DNA from: Escherichia phage IME11
Sequence record: NC_019423.1
Direction: 5' to 3' (one strand)
Length of the DNA: 64,000 bases
The notes under the pieces are model-generated. The model ran no database searches, had not been told where the DNA came from, and saw nothing but the letters and a program-made list of their open reading frames with translations. The translations under genes were made by a program, and so were the position numbers. This document shows positions 41,165 to 50,294 of this stretch, in pieces; position 1 is the stretch's first letter; each line of letters opens with the position of its first letter.

Positions 41165-41477
41165 TCTCTTGGTTAAGGTGGCGATTATTATATGCCTCCA
41201 GAATCAAGTCTCTTACATATGAGCGAATCTCATAAGCAGGACCAACTTGTTCTGACAGCCAATCAGCCACATGGGTTGGTAAAGGTCGTAATACGTTTTC
41301 CATGAACGTCCGACGTGTGTCGGCTGGTTCAATGTTTAGAGAACGCAATCGCAAAGTAACCGTAGTGGGGTGAACCCCCAGCGTCTTAGCGATAGTTGCG
41401 AGGGACAGACCAACAGCATTCATGCGAATGATGTCTTCATCAGTTGCTTTGCGATTACTTCTGAATACTTTAGACAT
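41082..41477 (-). CDS. helix-turn-helix DNA-binding protein
   Basis: 131 aa; GLSLATIAKTLGVHPTTVTLRL is a typical HTH; GAGGAGG RBS 8 nt upstream of the ATG. Confidence 0.55.
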   Translation of the reverse strand: MSKVFRSNRKATDEDIIRMNAVGLSLATIAKTLGVHPTTVTLRLRSLNIEPADTRRTFMENVLRPLPTHVADWLSEQVGPAYEIRSYVRDLILEAYNNRHLNQESEHEKFIRLYAGKYGSLVPESSTKSNE

Positions 41478-41536
41478 AGCTTATTTCCTCCTCAAAATTA
41501 CCCTCACTTTATTACAAGTGAGGGCTTTTGAACAGG

Positions 41537-41704
41537 CTAGGACTGGTTCTTATACCATTCTCCGAACTCTTTCATCGCATCTTCTAGAGACAAGCCTTCA
41601 AAGAATTGACCAAAGTGTCCGTTGTACTTCACACAAATCCTTATAACGGTTTGCTTTAGGGGTGTGATTACTTCCCGTATATCCACCTTATCAATGCTAA
41701 CCAT
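41537..41704 (-). CDS. small ORF (55 aa) translationally coupled to the rIIB-like gene
   Basis: ATG overlaps the upstream TAA (TAATG); below the ORF-track cut-off; followed by an inverted repeat CCCTCAC...GTGAGGG. Confidence 0.35.
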   Translation of the reverse strand: MVSIDKVDIREVITPLKQTVIRICVKYNGHFGQFFEGLSLEDAMKEFGEWYKNQS

Positions 41705-43755
41705 TACTTAGCAGCCTTAACCAGCTTGGTAGCTAACTTAGCTTCTTCCTCAGTCAAACCCATTGCAGTGAATGACTTCTTAGCATGACGCTTATAGTCT
41801 TGCAGAGCATGGCCTTTCTGATAGTCGGAGTACGACGTATCGTTCAGGATGCTACGCAGATTATCAGCGTGTTTACCAGATGGAGCTACTTTAGTGGCAG
41901 CAGCAGAACGCGTAGGTTTAACTGTCTTATCCTGCTTAACAGCTTTAGGTTCTGGTTTACGTGTAGAACGTACATCAGCAATCTTAGCTACTACATCACT
42001 GCCGACACCGAATGCACCCCAAGGCTTTCTGGCTTTGGAACGCAGTTCTACCAGAAGGTCAGCAGCAGCTAACTCATCTTCTTGGGTTGGTGCATTTAGG
42101 AACTCTTTAACCAGTTCCTGGATTTGTTCTTTCACAGTAGGAGCCTTCTTATTAACAGGTTTAAGGTCAGTAGCCTTCACTGGTTCAGTAGCTACAGCTT
42201 CATTCAGTGTCTCTTCCATATTCAGTGCCTCTTTATTAGCAACTGTACGGAATTGTTCTACAGAACCAGATGTAAGATTAGTGTATTTGAGGTTAGTACC
42301 ACGGTGACCACCAACCATAATAAGTGTGGTAGGTGAACTATGGTTCCCAACGATGGCATCATTAAGTAATTTCTTACCTACTTCTGTTTTAGACAGATAG
42401 ATGCCATTGTTAACGTTATTACGTTCTTCTTCCGGCAGTTCAGCAATAATATGATATGCAGATACACGCATCTTATTGGTGCTGTACTGAGGAACAGCAA
42501 ATACATCTTCCGGTGCTACTTTACCAAGGATAGTTACGTTACCACCGAAGCTACGGATATAACTCATGGATGCTACATGCAGACCATTTGAGCAGTCCTG
42601 ACGACGGTCAGGGTCTACCAGGTCTTCACGCACTTGCACTTTACAGCCTACCCATTGACGGATATTGCCTGAATGACAGTCAACGAATACACGACGTTTG
42701 TGTTCATCTTCTCCTTTATACTGAAGACGTTTCAGGAACAGGATTGAACCATCATCAGCAATAGGCAGTTCAGCAGTCTCCATGAATTTCATCAGGTCTT
42801 CCACTGAGTGCAGACGGTCTTTAATAACCGGAGCCAGACGCTCAAGGAACTTAGTAAAGCCTTTGTAGTCTTTCAGCTTGGCAGACTGACGTAGGTGACG
42901 TTGTAGGTTTTCAACTCCAGGGATAACCCCATTGTTGGTGACAGCAACAACTACTTCATCTTCCCTCACATCAGTGTGGAAGTTAGCATCATCGGTACTA
43001 ATAGCCCCCAATGCAGCTAACTTCTCAGAAGCAGCAGCCAGTTTATCCTGGTTCGTAGTTTTAGTTACTTCTACGTAAGGAAATGGCGTTTCATCACGAT
43101 TGGTAAATACAACGTGTACTCCTTTGATGTGCTTGGCTTGTTTAGAAAACTCACCCATCTCATCATCGGATACTGCACGAATTGCAATAGGCCATTCTTG
43201 TGCAAGAGTACGGTTGGTATGGTCATAACCACAACGCAGTACGTCATTGATAAAACGAACCAGTGCAGGATGGTTGTGGTCCTTATCCCAGCCAGTAACC
43301 CACATCAGATTGTCACGTCTGTCATAATAGCCATCTGTTACTGTTACTTCTGGTTCATTAGCCTGTACAGCCAGGAAGGTATCCATAGCTTTAGATACTA
43401 ATGTTTTAGTAGGATTGCCTAGCTTAATATCAGAAACGATACGGGCAGGTGGAGCACCTGTACCATCTTCGAAGAACTCTTTCAGTTTAGCTTTTGCTAC
43501 CTTGAAGAAACGGACGAATCCGTTAGTGTTCTTCTCTGCTTCCAGATATTCAGTACGTAGTTCTACTTCTGGTGCAATGTTTACTTCTACTTGGTCTTTG
43601 GTAGTTCCCAGACCTTTGGTTTGTGCTTCAGATACAATACGAGCAACCCGTGGGTCGCTCTGTGGATATACAACCGTGGAGCCATCTGGCTTCCACAGTG
43701 TAAGGTTACGACTGTCAACTGCCAGTGCGATGATAGAAATCAGTTCGATTTTCAT
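41704..43755 (-). CDS. rIIB: rIIB-like protein
   Basis: 683-aa ORF immediately downstream of the rIIA-like gene (4-nt gap); assignment by gene order only. Confidence 0.45.
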   Translation of the reverse strand: MKIELISIIALAVDSRNLTLWKPDGSTVVYPQSDPRVARIVSEAQTKGLGTTKDQVEVNIAPEVELRTEYLEAEKNTNGFVRFFKVAKAKLKEFFEDGTGAPPARIVSDIKLGNPTKTLVSKAMDTFLAVQANEPEVTVTDGYYDRRDNLMWVTGWDKDHNHPALVRFINDVLRCGYDHTNRTLAQEWPIAIRAVSDDEMGEFSKQAKHIKGVHVVFTNRDETPFPYVEVTKTTNQDKLAAASEKLAALGAISTDDANFHTDVREDEVVVAVTNNGVIPGVENLQRHLRQSAKLKDYKGFTKFLERLAPVIKDRLHSVEDLMKFMETAELPIADDGSILFLKRLQYKGEDEHKRRVFVDCHSGNIRQWVGCKVQVREDLVDPDRRQDCSNGLHVASMSYIRSFGGNVTILGKVAPEDVFAVPQYSTNKMRVSAYHIIAELPEEERNNVNNGIYLSKTEVGKKLLNDAIVGNHSSPTTLIMVGGHRGTNLKYTNLTSGSVEQFRTVANKEALNMEETLNEAVATEPVKATDLKPVNKKAPTVKEQIQELVKEFLNAPTQEDELAAADLLVELRSKARKPWGAFGVGSDVVAKIADVRSTRKPEPKAVKQDKTVKPTRSAAATKVAPSGKHADNLRSILNDTSYSDYQKGHALQDYKRHAKKSFTAMGLTEEEAKLATKLVKAAK

Positions 43756-43759
43756 CAGA

Positions 43760-46324
43760 TTAGTTACCTTTCAGTTTATTTAGACGATTACGGTAGAGGG
43801 ACTTAAACCCAGGAATATCCTCTGGATTCTTCTTAAGGTGTTTTACCAAACTACCTAAGTCCAGCGTCTGTAGGATGTCATTTTTATTCCAGCTATAGCT
43901 GAATAACTCTTTGTAACCATTAAGTATCTCATAGTACTTATGGTTACGTGGATTAACCATCTTTACATATGGCTCTAAGTCATTCACTGACTTAATACAA
44001 CCCATTTCAACAAGTTTTTCTTTGTTGTTGAGTGGTCGATTACGTAAAAAGTCATATGCCCATTCATACTCTGGTTTAAAAATCAGATTCTGTAATGGTT
44101 TGAATGTTAGACCTAGTATGTTGAGGATTTCCCAATACTCTCTGTCATCCAGTCCTATGTATTCCAGAATATCGATGCGGTGTTCAGTAACATATTTCTT
44201 GAAGCCTTTACTGGTAATAACTGACATCAATTCACTAAAGCGAACATCATCAATGTGGATAGCACCTCGTCGTTTGGCCTTGTTAGCTTCGATTTGATTA
44301 CGGCAGACAACTGTCTCTGCTTTCATCTCATCGGTCAGCTCATACCATTTCCACATGGTTCCAATCTGAGCAGTTACAGAACTACCCGAACCAACCTGAT
44401 TGGCTAGTACGTAGTACTTAGGTTGCTCCACTTCAACGAAACCGTGCTTCTCATGACGACTTGGGTCAGCAAATCCCTTGTCAATGAATGGCTTATATAT
44501 CAAATCACCGCTCTTATCCCATCCAAGAGTAGTACCAAGAACTGCATTCAATGAAATCAGTGCATTAGTTTTACCTTCTGCTTTGGTTTTATTGGCAGCT
44601 ATTGTCTTAGCCCGTTTCTCAGCAGCCATCTTAGCCTGTTCCCTGCGGAAGTTAGTTGGTTTGTCCCACTCATTATATTGAGTAAGGTCAATTACCCGAT
44701 AACCCATAGCAGTGAACTTAGCTACAGCCTCTTCTGCTGCACCCTTCTTAGGACCAACGACGTGAACAAAAGCTGTACGCTCCAGGTCACCTCGGTTGTA
44801 CTCAGGGAAGTATGAGAAAGAGTCTGCACAATCAGATAAACGTCGGGTAACTACAACATTCTTGGTAGTGAATATGCCAATACTCTGGTGGGAGTTATGG
44901 TAAATCTTAAAGTAGTCAGTAAGTTTACCTTTCACCAGGTCTACAGTGTTACCTTGATTCATTATGTAACCAGACCACTTAACACCAGAAGCTTTTAAAG
45001 CAGCAAGCTGGGGTAAATGTAGATGACGGTATACTAAATCCTGAAATAAGGTTGCACAGTCTGCACGTGTATGTTTAAGAGCACCCATAGCCTTACTATA
45101 TAGTTTTTTAAGTCCTGCATATTCAGGACGGGCTAATAATGCCTTATTGGATAAGTTACGCCAGTGCTTGATGTGGTGCTTACGTTGCTTAGCCCATAAA
45201 CTGGAGGACATATAGCGTTGAACAATTGGGTCTGTAACAGCACCCAGGAAAGAAGGATATTCCCAGAAGCGAGTAGAGGATTTAGAGGCATATTCTTCAA
45301 CCTGCTTAATAGCTTCAGGAATCTTAGCCTTAATCTCTTTCTCCATACGGTCTACTAAATCTACACATAGAGTAGTAATACCATCGTCGGTTAACTTCTG
45401 GTTAGATAGTGTTTCTCGACTAGGAGCAATAGCCAGCGTATCTGGTGCAGCCTGAACTACTAAATTGTCAGCACCAATAATATTCATGAAGTTGAGGATA
45501 AGACCTACAGCCTCTTCACTAGCTGGGCTGGATACAATTGGGTACATTACGTTACCGTAGCGAACGTATATGTTACTGCTTCCCATATAGCCTTGATACC
45601 AGCTATCAGACATATCATATGAACCAGGCTCAAATGACATGCCTAGTGTACTCAGTAGAGTGTAGTCGCCCTGCTGAATACTATTACTCTCGTCTGTTCT
45701 AATGAGTTTGGGGGTACTTAGCTCAGCTTTAATCTCACCGTTAAACACGATTGACTTGATGTAATGTACAAAGGTATTTACATCATGCTTACCTAGCTGG
45801 AATTTAACTTCCAGACCAGATTCCTTAGTAGGAATATTAGTAACAATAGGAACAATACCAGGCTTACCATCATTCTCAATCGCAGCCTTAGCTACGTTAT
45901 ATACAGACATCTTTCCTTGGTTCCATGAAGTAACCTGGAAGCTATCTGTATAAGCGAATGGGGATTTACATCCCAGACCAAAGCCACCAGTAACACTACT
46001 GTTGGACTTCTTAGTAGATGCACCATAGACACCATAGATGGAACCAATGAGTTCATCTGGGATTCCGTTACCGAAGTCACGGAAGGTAATAAAGTTGTCT
46101 GTATCAATGGTAATACGGATAGGGGTATCAGTTTTACCTGCTTCAATATGAGCATCCCAACTGTTACAGATAGTCTCACGAACTACTGCCAGAGTAGGAT
46201 TGTTATACAGGGAAGTACTTAATACATGAAAGAATGCCGGGTCATCAGAGATGCCAAAGGCAATAGTTTCTTTGCCACCCAGTGTCGCTGAGGTAGCTAC
46301 TTCATTGGTATCTGCAACTAACAT
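43760..46324 (-). CDS. rIIA: rIIA-like protein with N-terminal GHKL-type ATPase fold
   Basis: 854 aa; N-terminal ETICNSWDA (N box), DFGNGIPDE (G1 box), GGFGLGCKSPF (G2 box) as in histidine-kinase-like ATPases, the domain found in phage rIIA. Confidence 0.6.
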   Translation of the reverse strand: MLVADTNEVATSATLGGKETIAFGISDDPAFFHVLSTSLYNNPTLAVVRETICNSWDAHIEAGKTDTPIRITIDTDNFITFRDFGNGIPDELIGSIYGVYGASTKKSNSSVTGGFGLGCKSPFAYTDSFQVTSWNQGKMSVYNVAKAAIENDGKPGIVPIVTNIPTKESGLEVKFQLGKHDVNTFVHYIKSIVFNGEIKAELSTPKLIRTDESNSIQQGDYTLLSTLGMSFEPGSYDMSDSWYQGYMGSSNIYVRYGNVMYPIVSSPASEEAVGLILNFMNIIGADNLVVQAAPDTLAIAPSRETLSNQKLTDDGITTLCVDLVDRMEKEIKAKIPEAIKQVEEYASKSSTRFWEYPSFLGAVTDPIVQRYMSSSLWAKQRKHHIKHWRNLSNKALLARPEYAGLKKLYSKAMGALKHTRADCATLFQDLVYRHLHLPQLAALKASGVKWSGYIMNQGNTVDLVKGKLTDYFKIYHNSHQSIGIFTTKNVVVTRRLSDCADSFSYFPEYNRGDLERTAFVHVVGPKKGAAEEAVAKFTAMGYRVIDLTQYNEWDKPTNFRREQAKMAAEKRAKTIAANKTKAEGKTNALISLNAVLGTTLGWDKSGDLIYKPFIDKGFADPSRHEKHGFVEVEQPKYYVLANQVGSGSSVTAQIGTMWKWYELTDEMKAETVVCRNQIEANKAKRRGAIHIDDVRFSELMSVITSKGFKKYVTEHRIDILEYIGLDDREYWEILNILGLTFKPLQNLIFKPEYEWAYDFLRNRPLNNKEKLVEMGCIKSVNDLEPYVKMVNPRNHKYYEILNGYKELFSYSWNKNDILQTLDLGSLVKHLKKNPEDIPGFKSLYRNRLNKLKGN

Positions 46325-46351
46325 TTATTTACTCTCTAGATTAAATGTTGC

Positions 46352-46543
46352 TTACATTAGAACTTGTTTACATTTATCAAAAATAGCCTTACGAAGTTCA
46401 GCTTCTTCCCGTGGTTCATCATTGGGATGGTGACCCACTGGACTATTTTGAAAAGCATTCATTAGGAATAAGACCTGATACTCGGTTAATCCATTAATCT
46501 GAATGCTATACGTTTTCTCTGAGGCGATATTTACATTAGCCAT
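46352..46543 (-). CDS. hypothetical small protein
   Basis: ORF track 46352..46600; trimmed to Met at 46543 to avoid overlapping the upstream gene. Confidence 0.4.
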   Translation of the reverse strand: MANVNIASEKTYSIQINGLTEYQVLFLMNAFQNSPVGHHPNDEPREEAELRKAIFDKCKQVLM

Positions 46544-46910
46544 TACGTTTACCTGCCATTGCTTGCAATACAAACACAGCCATATCTGATGCCATGTCAT
46601 CTGTTATATCGTTGACAGTCCCATAAGGGAGTGGGCCATTCTCTTCCCAGTTATCTAACGTGTTTTGCACTTCAGCTAAACCAGCCAGTACCATTTCCTT
46701 GCTTGGTTCCAGCCATAATTTACGTTCTTCTGCCAGTGCAGCAATACACATACGGAGAGAAGCAATATTTGCAGGGCAAGCAGCAATATCTCCAGTTACT
46801 GCAATCTCACTAAGTGGTACAGCCTTACCGGTTTTACTATGAATTACTTCAGGATTTATCATGAATTTGCTCCAGGTTATGGGCAGGAATAGGGAAGCAT
46901 GGATAGTCAC
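46536..46910 (-). CDS. hypothetical protein (124 aa)
   Basis: ORF. Confidence 0.45.
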   Translation of the reverse strand: MTIHASLFLPITWSKFMINPEVIHSKTGKAVPLSEIAVTGDIAACPANIASLRMCIAALAEERKLWLEPSKEMVLAGLAEVQNTLDNWEENGPLPYGTVNDITDDMASDMAVFVLQAMAGKRNG

Positions 46911-47067
46911 CGGTAGGGTCCAGTGTTACTGATACATGCAGTGTATTGGTCATTTGGGTTAGCATCTGGGCAGCATTGAAGTCATCCTGAATACAGGCAT
47001 ACACAATGTCACCCTTCTCACCTTCACACATTACGGGTGTGTCTTTGATACGGTATTTAGCAGGCAT
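46849..47067 (-). CDS. hypothetical protein (72 aa)
   Basis: ORF directly after a terminator. Confidence 0.4.
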   Translation of the reverse strand: MPAKYRIKDTPVMCEGEKGDIVYACIQDDFNAAQMLTQMTNTLHVSVTLDPTGDYPCFPIPAHNLEQIHDKS

Positions 47068-47095
47068 ATGCCCTCCTGAAAGAGTTAATTGAAAC

Positions 47096-47121
47096 CAAAA
47101 AAAGACCTCCCGGAGGAGGTC
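47096..47121 (-). terminator. rho-independent terminator
   Basis: GACCTCC-TCCG-GGAGGTC hairpin followed on the minus strand by TTTTTTTGG. Confidence 0.6.
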
Positions 47122-47127
47122 TTAGGT

Positions 47128-47367
47128 TTACTTACTATTTTCTTCAATGAAGCGTCTCATACGTTCCTTTGCTTCATCATGTTCACGAATTGCTTCATAA
47201 TCACGAGCAAAGTAGTAAATGCACCACAAACCAATTTCACTTACAAAGAGCAGAATGCTGGCTCGAATGAACTGCATATCTGTTTCTAATACAAAGGCTA
47301 CTTTGTATGCGAAGATTAGTGTGAGTAAGGCACTAGTTAGCATTGTGTACAGAGCTAGTTTTTTCAT
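47128..47367 (-). CDS. small membrane protein (79 aa)
   Basis: Two hydrophobic helices (LALYTMLTSALLTLIFAY; LLFVSEIGLWCIYYF). Confidence 0.5.
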   Translation of the reverse strand: MKKLALYTMLTSALLTLIFAYKVAFVLETDMQFIRASILLFVSEIGLWCIYYFARDYEAIREHDEAKERMRRFIEENSK

Positions 47368-48308
47368 TCAGTAATAGTCTCACCGGGGATTAACTTACGG
47401 AATTGGATAAAGTGAAGCAGGTTACCTGAATACAGATTCCCTTCTTTATCCATGGATGTAACACCTTGTTCCCAGGTAACTGGGTTCATGTTATTCACGT
47501 ACTTCTCACCAAGGTTCATAGGCGTAGCTTGATGTTCCGTTGGAGAAGCATGAATAGGTTGGTTTTCCACTAACTTAGCGAACAAGCCGAGGTCTTCTTC
47601 GATAGTAGAAGGGCGTCCTTCAAAGTTGTTATAGGAAGCTCGTGCACAACGTGCAGCACTCACTTTGAGAAGTAATCCATACATTTCTGCAATACTTGGT
47701 TCATCGCGTGTAACTCGATTACGTTTGCAGAAATTATAAGCCCCAACACGGTCACTATGAGTAATATATGGCAGATGCCAATGTCCATGCGATAGTGTTT
47801 TTGGTGAACTCTCTTCTTGTGCCTTACGCATTGCTTGAGCCAGTTCACGAATTTCTGGTTGTGCATCTTTGTGGTCACGCAGTCCATAGAAGTTAGCCCA
47901 GCTTGTTGAAGTTACCACTACACGGATATGTGTGAATGGTTCCAGAATACGGTTAACAATCTGCTTATGTACTTGCCCACGACGCAACATTTCAGCATAG
48001 GTGGCAACACTGGATGCAGCCTGTTCCCAGATAAAAATTGCATCACTGCGTTGGTCTTCTGATAGCTCTTCAAATGCTTGCATACCTTTCTGGTTCTTAC
48101 CCCAGTGACTTGGCATCACTGGTTCATTACGAACTTGTTCGATGAACTTAGCAGTGGGGATAGCACGACTACTTGAAGCATTACGGTTGAATACACGGTG
48201 GGTCATAAACTCACTGTGAATGAATCGGGGATAAACCAATTCAAAGGTTGTGATACGAGTTCCTGTTTCTGGATGAACGGAATCTGCAATTACTGATGCC
48301 TTAATCAT
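47364..48308 (-). CDS. thyX: flavin-dependent thymidylate synthase candidate (ThyX-like)
   Basis: 314 aa; SEFMTHRVFNRNASSSRAIP resembles the ThyX R-H-R-x7-S-x-R signature (first Arg replaced by Thr); lies in a nucleotide-metabolism cluster. Confidence 0.45.
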   Translation of the reverse strand: MIKASVIADSVHPETGTRITTFELVYPRFIHSEFMTHRVFNRNASSSRAIPTAKFIEQVRNEPVMPSHWGKNQKGMQAFEELSEDQRSDAIFIWEQAASSVATYAEMLRRGQVHKQIVNRILEPFTHIRVVVTSTSWANFYGLRDHKDAQPEIRELAQAMRKAQEESSPKTLSHGHWHLPYITHSDRVGAYNFCKRNRVTRDEPSIAEMYGLLLKVSAARCARASYNNFEGRPSTIEEDLGLFAKLVENQPIHASPTEHQATPMNLGEKYVNNMNPVTWEQGVTSMDKEGNLYSGNLLHFIQFRKLIPGETITE

Positions 48309-48751
48309 TAGAATGACCTTAGATAGTTGGTGATACCACTTCTCGTCTCTGTGATTCTCTTAACCTGAACGTATACCAGCTTAAACTCACTACGAGGTAG
48401 TTCTTGTAATACTGCTACACCTTCAGTAAGGGCCACAGAACACGCTACAGCGGTTTCTTCTTTAAAGGAGTACAAGTCTTCATACATGAGGGCTTCATAC
48501 TCTTTACGGAGCATACAGAGAGCAACTCTTGCCTTATCACTTACTTCTTGTGAACCAGCAGACATAGCTAAGCTGTATATGATAAAGACTTGTTCAAAAA
48601 CAAAGTCCAGTAATCTATCAGGGGTATTAGTACCCATGAATAATTTTGTTGTATAGGAACGAGCTTTACGGTTGAGTTCATACTCATCCTCTATGCCTTT
48701 ATTATAAAGAACAGGATTTCGTTCCCTTTTTCTTAGGAATGGGATACGCAT
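48308..48751 (-). CDS. hypothetical protein (147 aa)
   Basis: ORF, stop-start overlap with neighbours. Confidence 0.5.
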   Translation of the reverse strand: MRIPFLRKRERNPVLYNKGIEDEYELNRKARSYTTKLFMGTNTPDRLLDFVFEQVFIIYSLAMSAGSQEVSDKARVALCMLRKEYEALMYEDLYSFKEETAVACSVALTEGVAVLQELPRSEFKLVYVQVKRITETRSGITNYLRSF

Positions 48752-49137
48752 TAGTATTTACTACCTCTTCTATACCAGGGGTAGTGGTGAGTAGTACTCT
48801 TACCCTTGAACAAGTCACGAGTAATGGGATTCTTTCGTAACTGCTCCAGGTATAGGTACATGTGACCTTCTCCTGGATATGCCCAGAACTTATCTATGAT
48901 ATGGTCTACCTTAGATTTCAGATGCGGTTCTGGGGGAATGTATGAGGTGGTATTAAAAGGTCTTCCAGTAGTCCATCCTTTCTGAACAAGAACCTGCATT
49001 GTTGTATAAAGATCTAATTCACTTTCATTCTCTACTTGGTCATGAATAGTTTTACCCAAAGTAAGCATTGCAGTTTGTTCCAGCTTACTTAAGTCCAGCC
49101 CATACAAGATAGACTTACCATTTCGTCTGTTTGACAT
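48751..49137 (-). CDS. hypothetical protein (128 aa)
   Basis: ORF downstream of a terminator. Confidence 0.5.
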   Translation of the reverse strand: MSNRRNGKSILYGLDLSKLEQTAMLTLGKTIHDQVENESELDLYTTMQVLVQKGWTTGRPFNTTSYIPPEPHLKSKVDHIIDKFWAYPGEGHMYLYLEQLRKNPITRDLFKGKSTTHHYPWYRRGSKY

Positions 49138-49143
49138 ACGAGT

Positions 49144-49168
49144 ACCTGTAATTAAAAAAGCCCACGGG
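49144..49168 (-). terminator. rho-independent terminator
   Basis: GCCCAC-ATAACCC-GTGGGC hairpin followed on the minus strand by TTTTTTAATT. Confidence 0.6.
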
Positions 49169-49252
49169 TTATGTGGGCTTGGATTAGGAGAAGGATAAGC
49201 AATGAGCTGGAAGCAACTTCCAGAAGTACCCTCTTAGGGATACTTCGGTTAG

Positions 49253-49531
49253 TTACTCTGCTTTACTGCCACCATTGGTTTGAACAACAGTTACATTTGT
49301 AACCTGGTTCTGACCTTTGTTGGACAGTGCCCAAATAAGTGCTACTACCCAGAAGACTAAAGACCAGCCTAATACGATATTAAGCACACCAATGCCCCAC
49401 TTAGAGGCATGGCCTCGTGTAAAAGCGATGATAGTAGGGATAAGGTATACAGCTAATACAAATAACAGAACAAGGATTGCTGCTAAAGATTCCATGATGG
49501 TTCCTATGTAGGGTTGAGTTAGTTTCTTCAC
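49253..49531 (-). CDS. small inner-membrane protein (superinfection-immunity-like topology)
   Basis: 92 aa with two long hydrophobic helices (LAAILVLLFVLAVYLIPTIIAF; GIGVLNIVLGWSLVFWVVALIWAL). Confidence 0.45.
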   Translation of the reverse strand: MKKLTQPYIGTIMESLAAILVLLFVLAVYLIPTIIAFTRGHASKWGIGVLNIVLGWSLVFWVVALIWALSNKGQNQVTNVTVVQTNGGSKAE

Positions 49532-49568
49532 AAATAGCCCAACTATGCTGGGCTATTTAGGCAGCTAC

Positions 49569-49778
49569 TTACTCAGAGTCTTTGCTTGCAGGTGTAAGAG
49601 CTTTCTTCAGGTAATTGCGTACTGAACGATAGGTTTCTTTGGTTTCTATATAGTTATTATCTACAAATATGACGCGTGCATGGTCAGACTGTGGAATCTG
49701 TTCTACTGCAATTACATTTGCAGCATTAATGGTTAAGCGTACATCTGAGGTTGCATGAGTTACTTGAAATACTGACAT
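49569..49778 (-). CDS. hypothetical protein (69 aa)
   Basis: ORF. Confidence 0.4.
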   Translation of the reverse strand: MSVFQVTHATSDVRLTINAANVIAVEQIPQSDHARVIFVDNNYIETKETYRSVRNYLKKALTPASKDSE

Positions 49779-49787
49779 GAGTTTTCC

Positions 49788-50294
49788 TTATTTACTGCTT
49801 CTTGCAGCTACTGGTTTGTTTTCCTGGTTCTGATACTTGCCATTGTAATTAGCAGGTTCCTGAACCAGATGAAATAATACTTGAGCTATCCCAGAACCAG
49901 CCGGGATATGCAGTTTTTTACGACCATGATAGACCAATTCGAGGGTAAGATACCCTTTCCATCCTGGTTCGATTACTGTATTAAATACGGATAATGCACG
50001 TCTTGCCCATGTAGACTTGTCGTGAACGATAGCCACACAGGATGGTGACATGTTGAACTTCTCAATTGCTGAAGCCAATGCGAATTTACCGAGATGGCGT
50101 GATACTTGATCTCCATCAACGACCTTCACCATTGGAATCAACCCAAATAAGCAATAGAAGGTAATATCTTGTTTGATGCGAATATCATAACCAGCTTCAC
50201 CTAATCCATAGCTTACACCATGTTCGGATACCTTACGGTCTGGTACATCCAGCAACTGAGATGAACGATATAGAGAATTACCATTAACAACCAT
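49788..50294 (-). CDS. dcd: dCTP deaminase-like (dUTPase-fold) enzyme
   Basis: 168 aa; GYDIRI and VIEPGWKGYLTLELV resemble the conserved dCTP deaminase/dUTPase motifs (from memory). Confidence 0.55.
   Translation of the reverse strand: MVVNGNSLYRSSQLLDVPDRKVSEHGVSYGLGEAGYDIRIKQDITFYCLFGLIPMVKVVDGDQVSRHLGKFALASAIEKFNMSPSCVAIVHDKSTWARRALSVFNTVIEPGWKGYLTLELVYHGRKKLHIPAGSGIAQVLFHLVQEPANYNGKYQNQENKPVAARSSK

Noticed and set aside
41785-43783. + strand ORFs inside the rIIB-like gene (e.g. 41849..42307, 43415..43783)
   Set aside because: Antisense to a long, continuous minus-strand ORF; low-complexity Ser/Leu/Arg-rich translations typical of spurious frames.
47089-47289. 66-aa + strand ORF
   Set aside because: Overlaps a minus-strand terminator and a membrane-protein gene; opposite to the local transcription direction.
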